Position numbers and translations under genes: made by a program
Notes under the pieces: generated by a model
Told to the model about the DNA's origin: nothing
The model's input: the letters and a program-made list of their open reading frames with translations, nothing else
Databases searched by the model: none
Shown: positions 52,701 to 64,000 of the stretch, piece after piece
How the letters are laid out: the number at the start of each line of letters is the position of its first letter
How positions within the stretch are numbered: the stretch's first letter is position 1
Source: Nemertoderma westbladi
Lineage: Eukaryota > Animalia > Xenacoelomorpha
Length of the DNA stretch: 64,000 bases
Reading direction: 5' to 3'
NCBI GenBank assembly: GCA_032718475.1
Contig: JAUCBJ010008699.1
Span: forward strand, 1 to 64,000

Positions 52701-53665
52701 TGACATTTTGGCAAAATGACATGTCAAAATGTCAATTTGAAAGTGACATTTTGGCAAAATGACATGTCAAAATGTCAATTCAAAGTGACATTTTGCCAAA
52801 ATGACATGTCAAAATGTCAATTCGAAGTGACATTTTGGCAAAATGACATGTCAAACTGTCAACTTGAAAGTGACATATTGACACATTGACATTTTGGCAA
52901 AATGACATGTCAAAATGTCAATTCGAAAGTGACATTTTGGCAAATGACATGTCAAAATGTCAATTTGAAAGTGACATTTTGTCAAAATGACATCTCAAAA
53001 TGTCAATTTGAAAGTGACATTTTGACAAAATGACATGTCAAACTGTCAATTCGAAAGTGACATTTTGGCAAAATGACATGTCAAAATGTCAATTCGAAAG
53101 TGACATTTTGACAAAATGACATGTCAAACTGTCAATTTGAAAGTGACATATTGACACATATTGACATTTTGGCAAAATAACATGTCAAAATGTCAATTCG
53201 AAAGTGACATTTTAGCAAATGACATGTCAAAATGTCAATTTGAAAGTGACATTTTGACAAAATGACATGTCAAAATGTCAATTTGAAAGTGACATTTTGG
53301 CAAAATGACATGTCAAAATGTCAATTTGAAAGTGACATTTTGGCAAAATGACATGTCAAACTGTCAATTCGAAAGTGACATTTTGGCAAAATGACATGTC
53401 AAAATGTCAATTCGAAAGTGACATTTTGACAAAATGACATGTCAAACTGTCAATTTGAAAGTGACATATTGACACATATTGACATTTTGGCAAAATAACA
53501 TGTCAAAATGTCAATTCGAAAGTGACATTTTAGCAAATGACATGTCAAAATGTCAATTTGAAAGTGACATTTTGGCAAAATGACATGTCAAAATGTCAAT
53601 TTGAAAGTGACATTTTGGCAAAATGACATGTCAAAATGTCAACTTGAAAGTGACATTTTGACAAA
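49783..53665. repeat. ~43-bp TGACATGTCA satellite (copy 2)
   Basis: Directly visible tandem array. Confidence 0.97.
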
Positions 53666-55330
53666 GCATAGCATAGCATAACATAGCATATCATAGCTTA
53701 ACATAGTACAGCATAGCATAGCATAGCATAGCATAGCATAGCATAGCATAGCATAGCATAGCATAGCATAGCATAGCATAGCATAGCATAGCATAGCATA
53801 GCATAGCATAGCATAGCATAGCATAGCATAGCATATCATAGCATAGCATAGCATAGCATAGCATAGCATAGCATAGCATAGCATAGCATAGCATAGCATA
53901 GCATAGCATAGCATCGCATAGCCTAGCATATCATAGCATAGCATAACCCATAACATAGCATAGCATAGCATAGCATAGCATAGCATAGCATAGCATAGCA
54001 TAGCATAGCATAGCATAGCATAGCATAGCATAGCATAGCATAGCATAACATAGCTTCGCAAAGCATATCATAGCATAGCATAGCATTGCATAGCATAGCA
54101 TAGCATAACATAGCATAGCATAACGTGGCATATAGCATAACATATAACATAGCATATAACATATAGCATAGCATATAGCATAGCATATAGCATCGCATAT
54201 AGTATCGCATATAGCATAGCATGTGACAAAATGATTGATATTGATAATTAATTGATAATATATCATATAGCATAGCATATATCATATAGCATATAGCATA
54301 GCATAACATATAGCATATAGCATAGCATATAGCATAACGTGGCATATAGCATAACATAGAACATATAGCATATAGCATATCATATAGCATATCATATAGC
54401 ATAGCATATAGCATAAAGTATAGCATATAGCATAGCATATATCATAGCATATAGCATAGCATATATCATAGCATACAGCATAGCATATATCATAGCATAT
54501 AGCATAGCATATAGCATAGCATGTACTATAGCATATAACAACATGGCATATAGCATAACATATAACATATAGCATCTGACATATAACATATAGCATAGCA
54601 TATAGCATAACGTGGCATATAGCATAACATAGAACATATAGCATATAGCATATCATATAGCATGCCATATAGTATATAGCATAGCATGTGCTATAGCATA
54701 TAGCATAATATGGCATATAGCATAAAATGTAACATATAGCATAACATATAATATATAGCATATAACATATAACATATAGCATAGCATGTAGCACAGCATA
54801 TAGCATAGCATATAGCACAGCATATAGCATAGCATATAGCATAGCATATAGCATAGCATGTACTATAGCATAATATATAGCATATGACATATAGCTTAAA
54901 ACATATAGCATAGCATATAGTATAGAATATAGCATAGCATATAGCATAGCATGTACTATAGCGTAACATATAACATATAGCATATAGCATATAGTATAGC
55001 ATATAGCATATAGTATAGCATATAGCATATAGTATAGCATATAGCATAGCATATGACAAAATAATTGATATTGATAATTAATTGATAATATAGCATATAG
55101 CATATAAAATATAACATATAGCATATAACATATCGCATGACATATAACATATAGCATACAGCATAGCATATAGTATAGCATATAGCATATCATATAGCAT
55201 AGCATGTATTATAGCATAACATATAACATATCGCTTATAGCATATCGCATATAGCATAGCATATACCATACCATATAGCATATCGCAGAGAATGTACTAT
55301 AGCATATAACATGAAATATAGCATATAACA
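53666..55330. repeat. (TAGCA)n microsatellite (copy 2)
   Basis: Directly visible. Confidence 0.97.
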
Positions 55331-55624
55331 TTAAGTGCACTACTAACACCTTTATGAAGTGCACTACACCTTTATGAAATGCACTGCGCCGTTATAAAGT
55401 ACACTGCACCGTTATGAAGTGCACTCGTTATTAAGTGCACTGCGCCGTTATGTAGGGCATTCGTTATTAAGTACACTGCGCCGTTATGTAGGGCACTCGT
55501 TATTAAGTGCACTGCACCGTTATTTAGTGCACTTGTTATTAAGAGCAATGCACCGTTATGTAGTGCACTCGTTATTAATTGAAATTCTCGTAAGAACACC
55601 TTTCATTTAAATTTGATTGTCATT

Positions 55625-56330
55625 TCAAAAGCCCTTCCCAAAATTAGCCATAATTTTGCGAAATAACTTGTCATTTAAATTTATTTGCCCGGGTTAATCA
55701 ACTTAAAATCAGACAAATATTCAACTGTATTAAATAATAAATTGCCAACACAAAAGCCCTTCCGTTAATTAGCCATAATTTATCGAAATAACTTGTCATT
55801 TAAATTTATTTGCCCGGGTTAATCAACTGTCATTTAAATTTATTTGCCCGGGTTAATCAACTTAAAATCAGACAAATATTCAACTGTATTAAATAATAAA
55901 TTGCCAACACAAAAGCCCTTCCGTTAATTAGCCATAATTTATCGAAATAACTTGTCATTTAAATTTATTTGCCCGGGTTAATCAACTTAAAATCAGACAA
56001 ATATTCAACTGTATTAAATAATAAATTGCCAACACAAAAGCCCTTCCGTTAATTAGCCATAATTTATCGAAATAACTTGTCATTTAAATTTATTTGCCCG
56101 GGTTAATCAACTTAAAATCAGACAAATATTCAACTGTATTAAATAATAAATTGCCAACACAAAAGCCCTTCCGTTAATTAGCCATAATTTATCGAAATAA
56201 CTTGTCATTTAAATTTATTTGCCCGGGTTAATCAACTTAAAATCAGACAAATATTCAACTGTATTAAATAATAAATTGCCAACACAAAAGCCCTTCCGTT
56301 AATTAGCCATAATTTATCGAAATAACTTCC
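55625..56330. repeat. 125-bp tandem repeat (5-6 copies)
   Basis: GCCCTTCC recurs at 55631, 55756, 55915, 56040, 56165 and 56290. Confidence 0.92.
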
Positions 56331-57230
56331 GATTTTTTTCAAAAATGACCATCGATTTTCATTTTCGCGCCTTCTAACCGACACCACGAGATAGAGCATA
56401 AAAAATATATTTTAAGGAAATGATCCCCAAAAACAGTTAGAATCGCCTGGCGACACCGCTAACACCTCCTCACCCCTCTATAGTGCATTTCAAGTGTAAT
56501 TATTTATTGATGGGGAAAATATTTACAAGAGAATTAATTTACAGGCAATATTGAGCTGAGCTGCCTGCATTGTATGTGTTGTAGGAGGCGCCAGCCGGGC
56601 TGGACGGCTGGGATACAATGTGCTGTGCTTCAGCATTGTGTGGACGGGTTGGTTTGGTTCACTCAAGGTAAATAATTTCATATTCTAGAACATATTACCA
56701 TGGAAACTAACCAACCAAGGCCTCAGCCACCCACGCCAAGCAACATATTATTATTATACATTAACGTATACATTGCCTTTGCTTGAACAACCAATAATTG
56801 TTATACCGTCTTATTATTGGATAGCGCGGCTTCACACAAAGACACAAGGGCAATGGCCAGACATTTGTTCGCTTTGTATTACAGACACCAACACCAATAT
56901 ATAATAAGCGCTGCTTCCTCAGTAGCTGAATATATTATAAGTTACGTTTAACTAAGTTTCTTATTTAAATTCGCTCTGGTTTAAAGTTTAATTACAATTG
57001 ATTATTTAGAGTTTAGATTTACTGTTTATTCACAACATTACCAGCAAACCGTTCGCAATGAATTATTTATTAAAGTATTGGGACGTCTGGCTTGCAATTA
57101 TTGTTACAACAGGTAATTATTCATTCCTACATTATATGTGTTTGTTTATTATAAAATAATGTGTTTGTGTTTAATGATATTTAATTATATTAGATTTTTA
57201 ATTAATTGTTTTCTCCAGGTTGAAATTGGG

Positions 57231-57993
57231 ACGCTGCTGTCCCGGTTCGATCTTATATTCCTGATGCTGGACCCCCAAGATGAGTTGTTCGACCGACGGC
57301 TCGCCAACCATTTGGTTTCGCTTTACCATCAGGGAGGCGCTGCGGAGGAGCCGGAGGAGTTCCTTCCTGTCGAAGTCGTCAAGGATTACCTCGGGTGAGT
57401 AGCTCTGATGTTGAGTACTAAGTTTGTGTTGTGTTACGTAGAATTTCGAGAAGTGGTTCAGGTTCCAGCTGTAATGGAACTATTACTAGTGGGATTATTG
57501 GATTTAAGTTTTTTATTTACAATAAGATTAAGAATTACAGGTAACAGCCAAGAGAGAGGAGCTTCGGGTTGCCTCCTGTGCACATTCAACTGGAGAACAA
57601 GTTGTTTTTAAACTTTTACTTTCCTAAATTCTAATTATTGATAGGGCCTATAGCATCTACATAATTATTAATTCACTAATTAATTTTTAATTCATTATTT
57701 CAATAATTTATTTTGTATTTGACCCGGTCACCGGAATAGTCGATATCAACATCCTCACCACCGGGATGACAGTGACGGCTCGCAAGGCCCAGGGGGTGCT
57801 CGCCCGCGAGGTGCTGGCAGTCCTCAAGGAGTGCAGACACACGGTGGTGTCGCGGAAAGACGCCTTCAAGTTGCTCAACGAGAAAACCGAGCGAACCAAT
57901 CAGAAGGCGATGTTTGAGGAAGCCTTGAGGATCCTTCAGGACGATGACCATATCATTATGAGTAACCAGAACATTCGTATTCTTAGTAAATAG
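57231..57993 (+). pseudogene. MCM4: Partial MCM4 duplicate: end of exon 3 (57231-57394), short intron 3, distal exon 4 (57721-57993)
   Basis: Matches 25805-25968 and 40259-40531 plus the 3' flank; exon 4 acceptor and first 247 coding nt are missing. Confidence 0.93.
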
Positions 57994-58503
57994 TCTTCAT
58001 TAATCCACAGTGGGGGTCAGTCGATATCAGTTGGATGACGTCACCATGTAGTCAGGGAGACGGGTATTAGATTGTCTACCAATCGCCAATAATGCTAATA
58101 TCAATAATGCAATGAATAATACAGTGAATTTTATGTGAAATAATTCTATTTGTTGTTGATTTTCTATATAAAGTAGAATGCAGGTTTAATCGTAGTTGAG
58201 CGCGACTATAAACTCGATATTATTAATATTGGCACCGCCGCCGAATCGATTGTCGTTGTCACTGAAACTGCCTTTACTCTCATACAATATTACTGTGTCT
58301 CGTTATATTTACTATAATTCAACGTTATTGTTATGTTATAATATTGTGTAGACGTACAGTAGGTATAATATCTGTTATAGTTTATAACAATTAGTTGTAG
58401 ATAACAGTGCAATCCATTCTCACAAGTATAAACTCAATGCAATAAATATAGGAAGAACGTTGTTTAGGATGTATTAACATTTATTGATTAGAGTTTTATT
58501 AAG

Positions 58504-61500
58504 ATTTATTAACATTTATTTTGGAATATATTAGTTATGATTATAATTTGTAGGAATCAATAATCCTTATCCAACTCAAAACATTAAAGGATTTATGGGA
58601 GTTTTGAGTTATAATTAGTTATTATTATTATTAAATATTACCATTTTTTTGTTCGACATATTTTTATCTATCCAGCTATAAAACTTGTTATATTCAATTG
58701 GAGTTAATAGGAAAGCCGTTATTGCGAACCGGGGCCACTAATTTTAAGCGAAATTATTTGTTATTAATATTTAGAAATTTTACTATAATTCGTCGCTGTC
58801 CGTCTCAAACTCGAGTATTTTCTATAATAAATTTATTATAAATATTACACTAGTTTCTATATAAGCTAGGAGTCTGTAATATTTACTATTATTATTATTA
58901 TAGTTTGTCTCTTGTTTTATATTCTTGGTGAGTGGCTTCTTGTTTACATAAACATCAATATATTAAACCAAATAAATATGTTTTATGTTATATAATATTA
59001 TACTATTTTTCTACCTCTACCCAATATTTTCACTTCATCCAACTGCAATAGAAATCAAAATTAATCTGTCACGTGTAACTTTAGTTTATTGTTTTGGTTA
59101 GAATAAGGTGCCACTGTTATTGGAAAGTACATTAAAAAGTATATAAGACAATCACCAAACTTACTTCATAAGAAAAATTACAAATCGAAATGATATATTG
59201 GCCTTCTATCTACATAAACTGAAAGTAAATGGGCCGTACGGCGTTACGTAATCACAAAAAGCGACCTGATTACGATGCCATTTTATATGAAATCCCTTTA
59301 ATAAGTAACTTCCCAAAAAAGTTATTAAGATTTTTTTACATATTAATAATCCTGAATAATGTAGCTTTCAAATGAACTATAAATTATAAAGTGCCGTGTA
59401 CGAGATCGAGAGTTACATTTGTTTTAATACACAAAATCAACTAAATTACTCATCAATTGATTTTTTGCAAATTAAATATTCTAGCTCGCCAGTTAGTAGC
59501 CAATGAGAGTCCAGGATTCCCATTAACAATGATTGTTTAAGGCCGCCGCCAGGTTAATGCTTGTAGTATGGAGTGTAGCGCTATAGAGGAGAATTAATCT
59601 TATTGAGTTGAATCGGCAAAGTTCAATTACATTATAATTCGCTTAGGATATTTTGTTGTTCTGGATTGCGGTTTTTAATATAACTATTTAAAGTTGATGC
59701 AATAAAGACTTTCTGCCGCTCTATTTCACTTTGCAGTTACCCCCATGTGAAGAATACCAGGTTTTCACCAAAAACACAGGTTACAAAAAGGATAACTTTT
59801 CTCTGAGAGTTTGAAAACTGGGCTGTGATATTTTATTTTAATAGAAAATCGAATTTTATATAAATAAATATAATTCAAACTCAACATTATCTTGCCCTGG
59901 AAGTCTGTAAATCTGGGCGTCCAGTAAACGTGTCTGTCTGCCTATTTGTCTGTTCCAAAGTCTTCCCGGGCGTCCGGATGTCCGGACGCCTGGGCACTAT
60001 AATGCCCGGACATCCTAAAATCCTTCAAATTGTCCGGATTTCCGAGCAAATTTGTCCAACAAGTATAACAAGTACAAATACAAGTATAAGTTATAGTACT
60101 AGTACTAGTACAATTACAAGTACAAGTACAATTCCAAGTACAATTACAAGTACAAGTACAAGTACATGTACATGTACATGTCAAAATGTCAATTCGAAAG
60201 TGACATTTTGGCAAAATGACATGGCAAAATGTCAACTTGAAAATGACATTTTTGCAAAATGACATGTCAAAATGTCAATTCGAAAGTGATATTTGGGCAA
60301 ATGACATGTTAAAATGTCAATTTGAAAGTGACATTTTGGCAAAATGACATGTAAAAATGTCAATTTGAAAGTGACATTTTGACAAAATGACATGTCAAAC
60401 TGTCAATTCGAAAGTGACATTTTGGCAAAATGACATGTCAAAATGTCAATTCGAAAGTGACATTTTGGCAAAATGACATGGCAAAATGTCAACTTGAAAA
60501 TGACATTTTGGCAAAATGACATGTCAAAATGTCAATTCGAAAGTGACATTTTGGCAAAAGGACATGTCAAAATGTCAATTTGAAAGTGACATATTGACAC
60601 ATTGACATTTTGGCAAAATGACATGTCAAAATGTCAATTCGAAAGTGACATTTTGGCAAATAACATGTCAAAATGTCAATTTGAAAGTGACATTTTGTCA
60701 AAATGACATGTCACAATGTCAATTCGAAAGTGACATTTTGGCAAAATGACATGTCAAAATGTCAATTCGAAGTGACATTTTGGCAAAATGACATGTCAAA
60801 CTGTCAATTTGAAAGTGACATATTGACACATTGACATTTTGGCAAAATGACATGTCAAAATGTCAATTCGAAAGTGACATTTTGGCAAATGACATGTCAA
60901 AATGTCAATTTGAAAGTGACATTTTGTCAAAATGACATGTCATAATGTCAATTCGAAAGTGACATTTTGACAAAATGACATGTCACAATGTCAATTCGAA
61001 AGTGACATTTTGGCAAAATGACATGTCAAAATGTCAATTCGAAGTGACATTTTGGCAAAATGACATGTCAATCTGTCAATTTGAAAGTGACATATTGACA
61101 CATTGACATTTTGGCAAAATGATATGTCAAAATGTCAATTCGAAAGTGACATTTTGGCAAATGACATGTCAAAATGTCAATTTGAAAGTGACATTTTGTC
61201 AAAATGACATGTCACAATGTCAATTCGAAAGTGACATTTTGGCAAAATGACATGTCAAAATGTCAATTCGAAGTGACATTTTGGCAAAATGACATGTCAA
61301 ACTGTCAATTTGAAAGTGACATATTGACACATTGACATTTTGGCAAAATGACATGTCAAAATGTCAATTCGAAAGTGACATTTTGGCAAATGACATGTCA
61401 AAATGTCAATTTGAAAGTGACATTTTGTCAAAATGACATGTCACAATGTCTATTCGAAAGTGACATTTTGGCAAAATGACATGTCAAAATGTCAATTCGA

Positions 61501-64000
61501 AGTGACATTTTGGCAAAATGACATGTCAAACTGTCAATTTGAAAGTGACATATTGACACATTGACATTTTGGCAAAATGACATGTCAAAATGTCAATTCG
61601 AAAGTGACATTTTGGCAAATGACATGTCAAAATGTCAATTTGAAAGTGACATTTTGTCAAAATGACATGTCATAATGTCAATTCGAAAGTGACATTTTGG
61701 CAAAATGACATGTCAAAATGTCAATTTGAAAGTGACATTTTGGCAAAATGACATGTCAAAATGTCAATTCAAAGTGACATTTTGCCAAAATGACATGTCA
61801 AAATGTCAATTCGAAGTGACATTTTGGCAAAATGACATGTCAAACTGTCAACTTGAAAGTGACATATTGACACATTGACATTTTGGCAAAATGACATGTC
61901 AAAATGTCAATTCGAAAGTGACATTTTGGCAAATGACATGTCAAAATGTCAATTTGAAAGTGACATTTTGTCAAAATGACATCTCAAAATGTCAATTTGA
62001 AAGTGACATTTTGACAAAATGACATGTCAAACTGTCAATTCGAAAGTGACATTTTGGCAAAATGACATGTCAAAATGTCAATTTGAAAGTGACATTTTGG
62101 CAAAAGGACATGTCAGAATGTCAATTTGAAAGTGACATATTGACACATTGACATTTTGGCAAAATGACATGTCAAAATGTCAATTCGAAAGTGACATTTT
62201 GGCAAATAACATGTCAAAATGTCAATTTGAAAGTGACATTTTGTCAAAATGACATGTCACAATGTCAATTCGAAAGTGACATTTTGGCAAAATGACATGT
62301 CAAAATGTCAATTCGAAGTGACATTTTGGCAAAATGACATGTCAAACTGTCAATTTGAAAGTGACATATTGACACATTGACATTTTGGCAAAATGACATG
62401 TCAAAATGTCAATTCGAAAGTGACATTTTGGCAAATGACATGTCAAAATGTCAATTTGAAAGTGACATTTTGTCAAAATGACATGTCATAATGTCAATTC
62501 GAAAGTGACATTTTGGCAAAATGACATGTCAAAATGTCAATTTGAAAGTGACATTTTGGCAAAATGACATGTCAAAATGTCAATTCAAAGTGACATTTTG
62601 ACAAAATGACATGTCAAACTGTCAATTTGAAAGTGTCATATTGACACATTGACTTTTTGGCAAAATGACATGTCAAAATGTCAATTCGAAAGTGACATTT
62701 TGGCAAATGACATGTCAAAATGTCAATTTGAAAGTGACATTTTGTCAAAATGACATGTCATAATGTCAATTCGAAAGTGACATTTTGGCAAAATGACATG
62801 TCAAAATGTCAATTTGAAAGTGACATTTTGGCAAAATGACATGTCAAAATGTCAATTCAAAGTGACATTTTGCCAAAATGACATGTCAAAATGTCAATTC
62901 GAAGTGACATTTTGGCAAAATGACATGTCAAACTGTCAACTTGAAAGTGACATATTGACACATTGACATTTTGGCAAAATGACATGTCAAAATGTCAATT
63001 CGAAAGTGACATTTTGGCAAATGACATGTCAAAATGTCAATTTGAAAGTGACATTTTGTCAAAATGACATGTCATAATGTCAATTCGAAAGTGACATTTT
63101 GGCAAAATGACATGTCAAAATGTCAATTTGAAAGTGACATTTTGGCAAAATGACATGTCAAAATGTCAATTCAAAGTGACATTTTGCCAAAATGACATGT
63201 CAAAATGTCAATTCGAAGTGACATTTTGGCAAAATGACATGTCAAACTGTCAACTTGAAAGTGACATATTGACACATTGACATTTTGGCAAAATGACATG
63301 TCAAAATGTCAATTCGAAAGTGACATTTTGGCAAATGACATGTCAAAATGTCAATTTGAAAGTGACATTTTGTCAAAATGACATCTCAAAATGTCAATTT
63401 GAAAGTGACATTTTGACAAAATGACATGTCAAACTGTCAATTCGAAAGTGACATTTTGGCAAAATGACATGTCAAAATGTCAATTCGAAAGTGACATTTT
63501 GACAAAATGACATGTCAAACTGTCAATTTGAAAGTGACATATTGACACATATTGACATTTTGGCAAAATAACATGTCAAAATGTCAATTCGAAAGTGACA
63601 TTTTAGCAAATGACATGTCAAAATGTCAATTTGAAAGTGACATTTTGACAAAATGACATGTCAAAATGTCAATTTGAAAGTGACATTTTGGCAAAATGAC
63701 ATGTCAAAATGTCAATTTGAAAGTGACATTTTGGCAAAATGACATGTCAAACTGTCAATTCGAAAGTGACATTTTGGCAAAATGACATGTCAAAATGTCA
63801 ATTCGAAAGTGACATTTTGACAAAATGACATGTCAAACTGTCAATTTGAAAGTGACATATTGACACATATTGACATTTTGGCAAAATAACATGTCAAAAT
63901 GTCAATTCGAAAGTGACATTTTAGCAAATGACATGTCAAAATGTCAATTTGAAAGTGACATTTTGGCAAAATGACATGTCAAAATGTCAATTTGAAAGTG
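58504..64000 (+). repeat. Tandem segmental repeat, copy 3 (runs off the window; 43-bp satellite from ~60174)
   Basis: Near-identical to 48113-53600 at offset 10391. Confidence 0.92.

Larger units (their letters stand above)
48113..58503 (+). repeat. Tandem segmental repeat, copy 2 (10391 bp)
   Basis: Same ordered modules as copy 1 with longer arrays, plus the MCM4 3' end. Confidence 0.92.

Overview
AT-rich invertebrate-type (metazoan) genomic DNA with two divergently transcribed spliced genes. ANKIB1 is on the - strand (3 coding exons, 10807-5020, ~1083 aa) and MCM4 is on the + strand (4 coding exons, 14455-40531, ~830 aa). MCM4 intron 2 holds a ~7.8 kb satellite of 35-bp units. MCM4 intron 3 holds a 13 kb insertion (26668-39665) with Polinton/Maverick-type ends (AGTAGT terminus, ~400-bp TIRs, 6-bp TSD TTCGGG) but no recognisable Polinton genes. 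It instead carries a rearranged BEL/Pao LTR retrotransposon, a 5'-truncated CRE-like non-LTR element and an orphan 2.3 kb cassette with its own ~113-bp inverted termini and tightly packed, virus-like ORFs. Downstream of MCM4 (41-64 kb) is a tandemly amplified 7-10 kb unit built from an ordered series of satellites. It carries MCM4 3' fragments, one of which preserves the empty (pre-insertion) intron 3. The first 14 kb also contain LINE fragments, tRNA-derived SINE-like sequences and MITEs. All family assignments are by eye from motifs; no database search was run.
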